From NCBI RefSeq assembly GCF_006345805.1, contig NC_042997.1, forward strand, positions 45,942,001 to 46,006,000: 64,000 nt of DNA, given 5' to 3'. Both the position numbers and the translations under genes were made by a program. The DNA is from Octopus sinensis. Lineage: Eukaryota. Shown here in pieces: positions 12,540 through 24,326 of the stretch. A model generated the notes under the pieces. It made no database searches. It was not told where the DNA came from and worked only from the letters and a program-made list of their open reading frames with translations. The first letter of the stretch is position 1; each line of letters starts with the position of its first letter.

Positions 12540-12860
12540 TATATATGAATTTTTGCGTAATGAGATAAAAAAAACCAAAGCTGTATAGATATTAGAGCAT
12601 TTATAGATAGAAGGTCTTACAGCTGTTTTTAGCATATTAATTAATAATATCTCTTCATCGGAGACGGTGTGAGAGGAAAATTAAGTCATAGTTAGTTTCA
12701 TATTTAGTAACTATGACTTAACTTTTCCTCTCACCCCGTCTCCGATGAAGGGATATTATTTATTAATATCCTCGAAACAGCTGTAAGACCTATCTATAAA
12801 TGCTCTAATACCTATACAGCCTTGGTTCTTTTATCTCATTACGCAAAAAATACATATATA
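12540..12860. mobile_element. PLE pLTR foldback (~320-bp imperfect inverted repeat)
   Basis: 12540-12705 is the reverse complement of 12712-12860, around a short loop. Confidence 0.8.
12738..12789 (+). ncRNA. Type I hammerhead ribozyme-like motif (U4C variant, GUA site)
   Basis: GTCT-CCGATGA-AGGGATATTA-tttat-TAATATCCTC-GAA-ACAGCTGT-A-AGAC. Stem III ACAGCTGT is palindromic. Confidence 0.65.
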
Positions 12861-13024
12861 CACACGCTGACAGAGAACCAACGTTGAACTCTTTATTTGC
12901 AATATTACCGAATTTGGAACTTAACTATGGTCTGTCTCTAGCACTTATTTAGCATTACCTGACACATTTGGGTCTCAATGACACCATTATCTCTTATAAC
13001 CTCAACAATCTCTCTCTCTCTCTC

Positions 13025-13150
13025 TATATATATATACGACGGGGTTTTTTTCCGTCTACAAAATTCACTCACAAGGTTTTGGTTGGCTTGAGGCTATAGT
13101 AAAAGACACTTACCCAAGAGAACACCATGGAACTGAACCTGAAACCATGT
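13025..13150 (-). mobile_element. SINE family B 5' half
   Basis: CGTCTACAAAATTCACTCACAAGG...ACACTTACCCAAG...GAAACCATGT. Confidence 0.7.
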
Positions 13151-13429
13151 AGTTTAGAAGCAAACGTCTTGCACTATATGTTCCTATTTTCGAATTATGA
13201 TTACTTTTGTTGTATTTTGCGTAGACTTATCTTGAAGGTAGCGAATCAGACCCTTATTAGATAGTAAGTCACAGTCCATACATATATAATTACCCGGCTA
13301 TACTTATATTTGCATAGAACACCATTGTGCGTTATAGTATAATATGCCAACGAGGAAGGTCTCTACTCTATTAAAATGGAAATGACTCATTTGTCAATAT
13401 ATTCATTCACACAGTAGAATAAGGAAGCT

Positions 13430-13501
13430 GGTCGCTTTGCCTAATGGATAAGGCATCTGAGTTCAAGTAGGAAGATTGCAGTTTGAGTCCCATCGTGGTT
13501 G
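13430..13501 (+). pseudogene. Decayed tRNA-Arg (TCG-type) gene or isolated tRNA-derived SINE head
   Basis: GGTCGCTTTGCCTAATGGATAAGGCATCTGAGTTCAAGTAGGAAGATTGCAGTTTGAGTCCCATCGTGGTTG aligns end to end with animal tRNA-Arg(TCG). The anticodon arm and T-loop are mutated, and a T-run follows. Confidence 0.75.
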
Positions 13502-13863
13502 AGTAAATTTTTTTAAGAGCTGCATCTCTCGAGCTGACAGTAGTAAAGAATCAAAAGTCATGACTGGATATGATCAATGCAAGATGACTCAGGTTAAGCA
13601 GCGACAGCGACAAGGCATAGAATGTGTTTATGCTTGTTACATACAAAAATACTGGGTTACGGTGTGTAATGGAATTTTGAGGTATCTATAATATAAATTG
13701 GACATGGGCGATTGTGGTATTCTTTCTTGTCTTGAAGCTCACAGCCAAACGACTGGGTGGATTCACGTGAAAAATGGCACACGTGTGGAGACGGGTGCAT
13801 AGATTGGAATCGATTAAAACTTTTTCTAATGGAATTCCTCTCTTCCGCTATTAAAACAACCAC

Positions 13864-14031
13864 TTGCTTAGAAGCTGTTTTCTGACGGGGTGGGGTCAGG
13901 AAATTTTCATACAGCTGGAGCCTCCAATCGAAACATCGGACCCGAAATGATTAGGTTGAGAAATGCCTAACCGAAAATGAACACAGCCACATTATCCAAA
14001 CAGACCGGGTGAAACCGGGCTTAGCTGCTAG
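13864..14031 (+). mobile_element. Possible Helitron 3' end
   Basis: CCGGGTGAAACCGGG hairpin-like motif (14005-14019), then CTAG (14028-14031) followed by T. The 5' boundary is uncertain. Confidence 0.5.
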
Positions 14032-14641
14032 TATATATATAATAATTAATGTATCTCTGTATCCTAATTTTTTACTTACAAAGTCAAGGAAAAAGAATAA
14101 AGCAACTACAATAAGTGGTGCGATAACAAAATACTTGATAGCATAATGTTTACTGAGACCATGCAAAAGAGAAATAGCTAAAAAGATTTGAGAAAATCTT
14201 TCCAGAAACTAGTCCTAGTTTTAATGTCGTTAAAAAAAAAGTCAGTTTCACATCTGTAAGTCATAACCTTTTGGCTGGTACACCTATGTTTGTACTGCGA
14301 ACCCACATACCGTCTCTTACTTAAGTAATTAGAGTATACTGCATAAGGCGCAAAAAGGAAGTTAATTAAACTTCCCCAAAACTCATGTAGGAAAAACAGA
14401 TTACAGTTGGAAATTTCGATTAGCACAGGAATAGCTATGCCGAAAATAAAGCTAGGTCAATTTATTATTAATATGCTTTACACAAACACACTGATCGAAT
14501 CCACACTGTCAGTGTGGATATCATATTGCACATAAGTGCTAAGAGAGAAAACTGGGAATACAAACCCAGTTTTAACCGTCAGTCCGAATAGACTAATAAA
14601 AAAGTACCGTAGTTAGGAAACGCATATATACAGCATGTACC

Positions 14642-14680
<39 letters not shown>

Positions 14681-14682
<2 letters not shown>

Positions 14683-14878
14683 TATTTTATAGAAGGAGCT
14701 TCTACAGGACTAGAACTGTTTCATTCAGATGAAATCTTCAGGAAGCTCTCTGAAGATTTCATCTGAATGAAACAGTTCTAGTCCTGTAGAAGCTCTTTCT
14801 ATAAAATAAATTACTTTACTCTGCTATGTATTGAGTACCTTATTTACTGTGGTTAACCCCGACTCAACCCGGGACCTA
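14681..14878 (+). mobile_element. PLE pLTR remnant with a near-perfect 130-bp hairpin between (TA)n tracts
   Basis: 61-bp arms (14681-14741 and 14750-14810) with 1 mismatch and an 8-nt loop. The right arm begins CTGAAGA...GAAAC...GTC. Confidence 0.75.
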
Positions 14879-14888
14879 CATATATATA

Positions 14889-14957
<69 letters not shown>

Positions 14958-14976
14958 CATATATAAAGAGAGAGTG

Positions 14977-15011
<35 letters not shown>

Positions 15012-16937
15012 AAGCATAAGATCTATTTTACACATTTGCACAGGTATATATTTAATTTTTTAGTAGAAAAATTAAATACACCAGTTTACTAAAGATCTAA
15101 AGTTCATTGATATAGACGTTTTAGCAGAATCGAACTCTACGTCTTCTGATTTATAACATAGTTTTCTATGCTGGGTCAGTAGTATTTATTTGTCAACAGG
15201 CTTCTGGACAGCTTCTGTCCAATCTAAAGTCACTGCTCCCATTTGCATTGTTTTAGCGCATAATGGCGCACGAGGAAAAATATGTTTGTTTGAGCCAACT
15301 TGAAATCTATAAATAACGAGACATTTTCATAATCAGATTAAAGTTGTCCCGTTGCCAGATTTCTTGCTGGTCTTTGAGAGACATTATCGAAATGATCTTT
15401 TTCAGGGAAGAAGGCCATTCATTCATCCTTGTAAATATTTTTGCTAAATATAATAGGGTGTCATATTCCAGTTCTGACTGTTCAGAATTTATACATTCCT
15501 GTAGCCAGTTGTCACCTACGAGCTGTTATTCAATAACTACGATTATCATTTAAGATATAACCATCGCCAGTTTTAACCAACTCGAACACTGATACTGTCA
15601 CAATTGCAGCTTCTATTTTCATCAACTGAAAAATGTGCTCTCAAAACGGTTAGCCTTTATAATAACAACCCAGTTATTTTCGATCCTCGATTTAAAAGAC
15701 ATTTCAGTTATTTTTTCTCTCTCTTCCTCTACCTTCAGACTGCTATTTGACTGTGTCATTATGAAACATTTCGTGCTTTTGCTGTTAATTTCTATTGAGC
15801 TGGTAACAGATTTGCGTCGCCTGACTATGTCGTCTGCTTTATTTACATCGTTGTATAGCGAATCTGAATGTTAAAAGAAAACCTTTTTCAACACGTCACC
15901 AATTCGCGACTTGCCAGACAAATTTGACTGTATACATAATATTTAGCGAAAACATACATACACTTATTTATGTTCTGCAAATCAAAAGCTTGTTTATTCT
16001 GTATTCTCTAACATTATGCATGCCAACATAATATTTTCATTTTGAGTTATATCATTTTCTAAACCTTTTAACATTGTTTGAAATTACTTAATTCTTGTTT
16101 GAAGCCTATTCAATCAGAAATTTTCTTCTGTTTAATTTTTTTGCCATTCTCGACTTGTCAATTTGGAATGGCCATAGGATTTTGTTCCATTAAAGTGTAT
16201 TTATTTCCACGAATAAAATCAAAACAAAATGCCTAACGCTATATACGTATTGGGAGTTAATGTTTACATTACTGTAATGGAACACGAAATGGCTGGAGTC
16301 AGACTTCAAATGGCAGCTAGCCTTCCATATTCACCTTTCGCTATTACGTTGTCTACCCAGGCATTGCGACTATCTATAAAAATAATTATTCCATATATAC
16401 ATAGTGAACTACGTGTGCAAACGTTCAAAAGCCGTCCTCATGAAAGGACCAAAACAGAAAAAAAAACAATAACAAAAGCAAACAAACAAAAACAGACTTA
16501 TAATAACTACTATTAATTACAAAAAAATGATATATATTACAGATAACAAATTAAAATGAGAAAAGAAAATGAGGCAGAGAAGGAAAAGAAAGATAAATTG
16601 AATATGAAAGAAACTAAAGATTCACAAAAGCAAAGTGCAAAAAGCAACTATATACTAGACCAATACATTCCAAGTTCAGAAAAAATAATTACTTTATATA
16701 TTAAATAGACTTACTTAAAGACGAGTATAAATAAAAAATGAAACAAATAAAAGCAAAAATGGAAATAGTAAAGAAGAAAAGAATAGAACGAAAAAGAAGC
16801 AGGAAGCGTATAAAACCGGGCAGTAATTCATTTATGACAGGTAGAGTAGAATGAACGTTAGTGACCAGGGTGAAAGAATAGCCGTTTAACTTACACAACG
16901 CACACGCAGACACACTGGTATACATGCATACATACAT

Positions 16938-16989
<52 letters not shown>

Positions 16990-16990
<1 letters not shown>

Positions 16991-17346
16991 CATCGGTGAT
17001 CATGAGTGTGCCTGATATGTATCCATGTAAGGAATAACGTTCCGAAAGTATATTCGAAATGAGATGATTCGAGAACGAAGCGGAGCGAATTATGTGATCG
17101 CAGAATATCAAAAGCATAAGTTTCCGCTGGGCCGGACATGAGGCAAGGCTCACAGACGACATGTAAGTTCGTGCATTAGCCGAATAGTATCCAAAAGATC
17201 GGAAAAGAACATTCGAAAGTTCACCACATTGATGGATGTGAAAACGATTTAGTAAAACAATTTAAGCCAAGATGGAAAAGAATGGCTCAATCAAGAAAGA
17301 ATTGGAAGCGTATTGTGACCAGCGGTGTATAACATGTGATAACATG
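16990..17346 (+). mobile_element. RTE-clade LINE 3' fragment
   Basis: Reads like KFRWAGH.ARLTDD...VRALAE.YPKDRKR...RW, the C-terminus of RTE ORF2. Confidence 0.75.
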
Positions 17347-17368
17347 CGCTACAAATGTTAAAATGATT

Positions 17369-17402
<34 letters not shown>

Positions 17403-17403
<1 letters not shown>

Positions 17404-17464
17404 TTGAAAGAAGTTTTGAAAATGCAATTTTAAAAGGTGCTGCATTTTCAAACCTTCTTTCATA
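17403..17464. repeat. Short foldback between (TA)n tracts
   Basis: 24-bp arms TTTGAAAGAAGTTTTGAAAATGCA / TGCATTTTCAAACCTTCTTTCATA with a 14-nt loop. Confidence 0.7.
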
Positions 17465-17521
17465 TATAATTCCACTCGTGCGGTACCTTACAACTTCACT
17501 TTGTTATATATACATGTGCAC

Positions 17522-17568
<47 letters not shown>

Positions 17569-17734
17569 CACATGTGCACTTTCATATATATATATACATG
17601 CGCATTTTCATATATACGCTGTGAGTGTATAAATATATCAATGTCTATGTGTATACATATTCTATTCATGTACGCATACCTGTGTTTATATTTGTATTTT
17701 TATGAATGCCTAGAACCTAGAGGAGTTGAAGAAA

Positions 17735-17885
17735 ATGGTTAACAGCATTTCCTCTGTCTACGTTTTGAGTTCAAATTCCATTATGCGTTTGAGGTCGATA
17801 AAATAAAGTACTAATAGTAAAGTACTAAAATTATTATAATCGACTTGTACTAACTCGCTAAAACTTCTGGCCTTGTGCCAAAATA
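17735..17885 (+). mobile_element. Degenerate SINE family A
   Basis: GAGTTCAAATTCC...GAGGTCGATAAAATAAAGTAC...GGCCTTGTGCC. Confidence 0.6.
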
Positions 17886-18165
17886 TGAAAAATTCGGAAT
17901 ATGCCTGTACTTCATCGAATGGGTTTATGCACTATTTGATTTTATTATTTGTATTTATCCTTTATTTTAAGTTAGCGGGTAATTAATATTGTTGATTGAA
18001 GATTCTAGAAGAAATTAAAAGTCCGTCCTCATACGATTAAAAGGTGTGGACTTATAATTTATAAGTTTGTTTGATGAGTGCAATGCACGAAAATCTAGGT
18101 CCTTGAGTCACTCATGGAACTTTACGGCTGAATGAAAACGATATACTCTCTTATATAATGAGTCC

Positions 18166-18860
18166 CACGGGGTGGCCGTTAAGTCCCTCATGCATTCCTC
18201 TTACTATAATTACCAGTTTGAATGAAATAAATTCTATTGATTTTGCTTTTATCTAGATGTATCTACGAAGTTATTTTATTGATTATTTTTTATTCTATTC
18301 TATTTTTGCTGAAATGTTATCTCAAATTGATCGGAGAATAATTGTCCACCATTCTTTGTTTAATGTGAGTAGAGAAGTTTGTATGAAAACCTACCTCAAA
18401 GCGATAAAACTTTTAGACATTTATAAAGAATGTGGTGAAGCTAGAAGTACCCAAGATTTATCGACAGGCGGCTATTCTTTTGGCAGGTATGAGGCTGCTG
18501 ACATTTCTAATTAGGGCTCATTTTGAAGAATATCAAAATTACTCCATTAGAAAGGAACACGTCATATAAAACAACCAGAAAATCTTTGAAATACACAATT
18601 AAGTTGAGAACAACCCATTTCACTTTTAAACAACAAATACTGTCTGGTGACGATGCAGCTAAAAGGAAATATTATACAAATAACAATTTTCTCATCCAAC
18701 ATCTCTTTATTCTTGGATGAAGCTACACTTCATGTTAAGCGTGATTTGTGAATGTGAACACATCAAATTCTATAAGAGAATCCCCTCTCTAATAACTCCT
18801 GGTGTCAGTGTTGGGTTAGGATTGCAGGACAAATTGATAGGAGCTTAGGTTTTTTTGTTT
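18166..18860 (+). pseudogene. Highly decayed Tc1/mariner-superfamily transposase fragment
   Basis: TIR-like CACGGGGTGGCCGTTAAGTCC at about 18167, then QQILSGDDAAKRKY and LFILG/DEATLHV (FSDEATFHL-like) with many stops. Confidence 0.45.
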
Positions 18861-19494
18861 TGGAAGATGTTATAATGTTTTTCAAGAAAAATATTTAACC
18901 ATATTGAAAGATTAGTTTATACTAAATTTAAAACACTCCAGACGATAGGCCAGAAGCTATTTCTAATAGATTCCGCTGTTTTTATAAATTGGCGCTCTCC
19001 TAGACTGGGGACTCCAAGTGAGGGAATTCCAAAATTATATACTGTATGAAAAAAAGTCTGTTCACTCTTGCCCAGACTCTTGGCCCGCAAGAAGGCCAGG
19101 CCTGGCTCTTCTGGACACTTACTTAGAGACACTTACAGAAGGCCTGACTCTTCTGGATACTTACTTACTGGACATTTGCTGCAGTTAAAGTAGAAGTATA
19201 CAAGAGAAATCCTCAATGGAGTGACGACTTGATATAATTTATAGTGAAAGAATTTACCAAAATTTTCCTGTCTACTCTAAAATACATTTTTGATAATTGA
19301 GTTCTCCAACCTCTTTTATGCATAAAAGCTGAAGAAAGGAATGTCCAGCGTAAATGTCTATTAATCGTTTCGCCTGTTTCAATACATTAGTTCGTACATA
19401 ATTGTCTATTTGTTATTTCTCAAAACAGAAGAGTGATTTTTATGACAAGCTTGTATATCTCCGGTTTTTACACTTATATGTACAAAGTTATTCT

Positions 19495-19722
19495 TTTATT
19501 CTTTTACTTGCTTTAGTCATTTGACTGCAGCCACGCTGGAGCACCGCCTTGTAGGGTTTTTAAGTCGTCCCCAGGACTTATTCTTTGTAGGCCTAGTACT
19601 TATTCTACTCGTCTCTTATTCCGAACTGCTAAGTTACGGGGAACATAAACACACCAACATCTGTTGTCAAGCGATGGTGGTGGGACAAACACAGACACAA
19701 AGACGCACACACACACACACAC
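19495..19722 (-). mobile_element. SINE family B 3' half
   Basis: Close match to the family B consensus. Confidence 0.85.
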
Positions 19723-19779
19723 ATTAATGCATATTATGTTATATATTCACTTATATATAAACTCATCGACGATCAGAAA

Positions 19780-19960
19780 CGGCTAGAAAGCTTCCTAAAA
19801 AGATGAGAAGGCAACAGATTAGTTTCAAAGGACAACATATGAAAAATCAGAGTTTCGAAGGCTTTGTGACAACCGGGAAACTTAAAGAAGAAGAGCAAGT
19901 AGATTGACATAAAAAGATGTATTTAAAATCTAAGCAAAACCAATAAAGGAGAATAACTTT
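19780..19960 (+). mobile_element. RTE-type LINE C-terminal fragment
   Basis: Reads like RQQISFKGQHMKNQSFEGFVTTGKLK (RQ..F.GH.M..LE..VTTGKI). Confidence 0.5.
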
Positions 19961-20384
19961 AATAATATCGGCTAGCCTAATTTTTGAAAATTTAAGGCGA
20001 TGAATTTTGTCTTTAGCATCAACTCTTCGGACTCTTCGTGCAGCATGCTCATTCCTTTTAGAAAAACAGATAAGTTATCAAATATATAGTAATGGCAAGA
20101 TTATGTAGTCATGCTCATTACGATTATCAACAAAAGAAAGAATGGAGATAATTCCAAAGGGGACTTTTGTGTGATGAATACTAAGAGAGAGAACGTCAAT
20201 ATGTTTTGTTTCTTTTAACCAACTATGTGTATTTAGAAATAAATAAACGTCTTTAGAGACAATAACTCTGTGGACTGAAAACTAGGGATCAGTAATACAG
20301 TATTGAGAATTTATCAGTGACCGAAGATTCTCTTCAGCTGCCCATGGAGACAGTGCTTATAAATCTATTATCATTGCTTTCAAG

Positions 20385-20588
20385 TTTATGGCACAAAGCC
20401 AGCAATTTCGTGGAAAGGATAGGTTGATTAGATCGACCCCAGTGCTCAACTGGCACATATTTTATCGACCATGAAAGGATGAAAGACAAAGCGGATCTCG
20501 GCGGAATTTGAATACAGAACGTACAGAGGGACAAAATTCCGCTAAGCTTTTTGCCCGGCGTGCTAACGAATTCGCCAGCCCGCCGCCT
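20385..20588 (-). mobile_element. SINE family A monomer
   Basis: TAGATCGACCCCAGTG...CGGCGGAATTTGAA...GCCAGCCCGCCGCC. Confidence 0.8.
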
Positions 20589-21155
20589 TATTAATCTACT
20601 ATTATTAAATCCAAAATTTATTTGAATAAACCAATTTGCATATATAATTCATTCTTGTAGTGGTTCGATTTATAAATTACCGTTGCTTTAATAGCGAGTA
20701 GTTTCCATTCTCTATTGTACTAGATAGTAACTCTATAGCTTTTTTTTTCTGCTACTATTGTAAATAGAATGACATAAACAACTTATGTTTATATTTTCGG
20801 GAAATATTCTGTGTACAGACAGCTATAAACACCTCGACGGTACTGTGCGCTTTACCGTAATAGATTATAGCATGCAATACTGTCAGATTACAAAATCCTA
20901 TCACTGAACTGCTTATATAATTAAAATCTTAAAAGCACTGTCTGAATTGACAAAGTCTCTTGACAAAGGACATCGCAAATATAATAGGCATCACTTAGGT
21001 ATGAGACTATGTACTGTTTGAATATTACCTAAATTGACATCCTCCCCCACCGCCACATCACTTACGCATCATAGAAACATACAAAACTATACACATACAT
21101 AAGTATGCATATATTCAAATATACACATATGCACACACAAACTTGCTCATACATT

Positions 21156-21196
<41 letters not shown>

Positions 21197-21239
21197 CACA
21201 CATGGATATCAGCTGGTGAAATAAATATATTCATCTCTC

Positions 21240-21600
21240 ATACCACCTGACTTTCTTCATAGTCTGTGCAGGTTGATACATTACAAATGTTTTTGTTTTC
21301 AAGCTGATGGTCAAGCCAAAATCATCACAAGCTGAGTGAAATATAGATAAAAGAGATTGCAGACTTGTTTCAGAATGACTGACTAGATCGTAATCGTCAG
21401 CGTATAAGAATTCTGTAATGAGTGAAGTAAAAATCTTTGTTTTGAATTTCAGTCTGGTCAGGTTAAAAACATTTCCTGTTGTTCGATATTTCATGTAAAT
21501 ACCCTCCTCAGAGTTTTGAAATGCGTGTTGCAGCACAACAGCAAAGAAGGGTGGGTGCATCAAGGTCTCCTTGCTTTACTCCATTTTCCACGGCAAAAAG
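21240..21600 (-). pseudogene. RTE (BovB-like) reverse transcriptase fragment
   Basis: Reads YRTTGNVFNLTRLK.KTK...EFLYADD...LQSLL..F..AC..FGLTISLK. Confidence 0.85.
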
Positions 21601-21714
21601 ATTCAGAAAACCTACCACCAAACTTAATTATGGCCTTCATATCTTAATGCAAAGCCCTGATCAAAAAAGAAAAAAAAGAAAAAAAGAAAAATCGAACACC
21701 TTCCAGTTATAGCT

Positions 21715-21895
21715 GGGATGGAATTTGAACAAAATCTAAATGACATTTATTTAGCTGTGAATAAGCTGGATAACAATAAGTCTCCAGGGTCTGCGTAGAG
21801 GGCTTGAAATATGGTCATAACAAAATATTTGAACTTTTAAATATATTAATTTGTCACTGTTGGAGAGCTGAGGATGTGCCCCAAGACTGGGGGAT
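21715..21895 (+). pseudogene. RTE (BovB-like) fragment upstream of RT, inverted relative to 21240-21600
   Basis: Reads AVNKLDNNKSPG...LKYG...CWRAEDVPQDW. Confidence 0.7.
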
Positions 21896-21929
21896 TCCGA
21901 GTCAGCGGATTTATGTTAAAGAAGAAGGG

Positions 21930-22078
21930 AAACAAAACCAAGGCGGGACGAGATGCTCGTCCCGCCTGGTCATTTTGATTATTTAATTAGAGTAAAAATG
22001 AATCCTTCTTTGATTCATTTTTACTTTAATCAAATATTCAGAATGACCTGAGATGCTCGTCCTGCCTTGGTTTTGTTT
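21930..22078. repeat. Nested foldback / MITE-like element
   Basis: Outer arms 21930-21952 and 22056-22078; inner arms 21968-22004 and 22012-22048; extra hairpin GGCGGGACGAG-atg-CTCGTCCCGCC. Confidence 0.7.
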
Positions 22079-22087
22079 TATTTTTCC

Positions 22088-22135
<48 letters not shown>

Positions 22136-22662
22136 TACATTTAAACACATAAGAGGTATACGTCATAGGAATCCTTTCACGCTAGAAGGAACAGTTAAAG
22201 TCCAAACCACTATTAGGGATAAACACACGAAGGGAATGAAAAATAAAACATTTACCATCTATCTCCTGGACCATGGTTTCAGACTTTTTTAGCAAATAAA
22301 ATAATTTCTTAGGCGAAGTCTTCATCAACAGATTAAACATATAAGTACAAGGCAAATCCAGCATGCGCCTCTTGCTTATACATTATAATTTTTTAAATCC
22401 ACCGCGCAAGTGCATTTTTTCGTCGGCAGCAAAAAAATACCGGTATTTCTTCGAACAATTTTTCAGAAAAAATTATCAATAATTAATAATATCAAGGTAA
22501 TAAAGATTTTAGAAATTTTTATAACCCGTGGCTTAGCGTGGCTACAGGTAGTAAAAATGTCTACAAATCTTTATTACCCTGATATTATTAATATATATAT
22601 ATATATATGGGAAAAATAGCAGTTGAAAATATTTAAAATATCTTTTATTAATATATTTAAAG

Positions 22663-22702
22663 CTTTAACCGGTTTCTCATTTTACACTGATTTTCAAAAA
22701 GT
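22663..22702 (-). ncRNA. Decayed type I hammerhead motif in a PLE 3' end
   Basis: CTTT-TTGAAAA-A-TCA-gtgtaaaa-TGA-GAA-ACCGGT-T-AAAG. Confidence 0.5.
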
Positions 22703-24203
22703 TGAAATAGAAAGACGTGGCTTGTGTCGCAGCTGTCTAGCTTCTGACTAGTGTTTGAAGCTTGCTTTATTTTTATAGTGAGTTCATGCCTCAAATTAGT
22801 ATATATTTTGAATAGGATTTGATTGGTAGAGGGTAGTCACATGACTGGTCCTAGACATTTTTGTAGGTTCTTCGCTACGTCCGTTTGTTAGTATCAGGTG
22901 ACAATGTTTGGCATTGTAAGTTAAGGTTTACACGGTTGACTGAGCATGTCCAAACAATCAATGCTCTAAATGTTTTCCGCCGTGTTTGCAGAAAATTAAC
23001 ACATAATTAAGTTTATAACCTTTTTGTACGATTCTCGATACGTTCGTGCGTTAGTGTCCCGTGATTATATATATTTTGCGCCTAAAAAGAAGGCCGACAC
23101 GGTAGAGTGAACATGTTTCGTTCTAATCAAGGCACTCCAAATTTAATCTGTCTGGTGGGAGAATGGACAGGAGTCGTTTATATGTAGTCCAGTGGCTAAA
23201 ATTTAGGTTGTTAACTGTGTAGCTCCCTCGTGTTAAGTGATAGAATGAATTTTATGTGTGAATTGTCATTTGTGCATGTTCTCTGTTAAAGTTTGTTAAG
23301 TCTTGGTTTGTACTTTTGTATGAAATCCTTTTCTTTGTTTATTCGTGCTTCATATGTGATATTCCCTAAATATGGGTAGAGTGAGGAAGAAGTGGAATTT
23401 GGGGGACTATGTGTCCACTCAGTGGAATCTGTCTAGTACTGGGGTTTCGTATTTGTTGTAGGTGAGTGGTCAGTCTCTTTCTTAGAGTAAGCTTTTCTTG
23501 ACAAATAATGGCGCATATTAAATTCCTTGTAGAACACGTAAAATAATTTTTTATAGTAAAAGTGTCTCGATTTAAATTTGTTTGTTGCATCTTCAATAAG
23601 GTTGATGCAGGTCCCGTAGTTGGAGCTGCCACATTTTATTTACTGTCGGTGTAGGAATTGTGGAAGGTAATTCAACACCTGTGAGGGATTTTTTTAGGAA
23701 CTTTTGATTATTTTGTGTATTTCGAATGCTTGCTTATATTCTTGGTTTTGTTTTAGTAGTGGGATGTTCTGGTGGATTATATTGTGAACGTCTGTGTTTC
23801 TTGGATTATGTGCTGTAATAAAGAGTAGCGTACTGGATGTATCTGCAGCGCTTTCCGTTTTTCGTAGTTCTTCGATATTTATTGTTTTGGCACATTCTAT
23901 TCTGTTGTCTGTTAGCATTAATGGATATTGTCTTTTAAGTAGAACCTGTTTTAGTTCCTGGTGTTTTTTATTGCGAGTTTCGGGGTTTGAGACAAGTGTG
24001 CAGATGCTGATTCTTCTTGCCAGATTAAAGGGGATAATATTCTTTGTGTGTTTGTGATGGCAAGAGGAGAACAGTAAGTACTATTTAAAATCTGTTTGCT
24101 TGTAGTGCATATCTGTTTCAATGATTTTATCTCTTTTGATGATTTTATCTCTTTTGATGATTAGTATATCCAGGAATGGTAGTTGAGTTTTACTGCATTC
24201 AGT

Positions 24204-24326
24204 AAAGGCTTTGGTCGGCTCGAGGTTATAGTAGAAGACACTTGCCCAAGGTGCCACGCAGTGGGACTGAACCCGGAACCATGTGGTTGGTAAACAAGCT
24301 ACTTACCACACAGCCACTCCTGCGCC
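24204..24326 (-). mobile_element. SINE family B 5' fragment inserted in the PLE
   Basis: Close match to the family B head; it interrupts the RT reading frame. Confidence 0.85.

Noticed and set aside
18917-19132. 71-aa minus-strand ORF as a host exon
   Set aside because: It starts in a short local duplication (GGCCTG(G/A)CTCTTCTGGA(C/T)ACTTACTTA) and has no recognisable domain.
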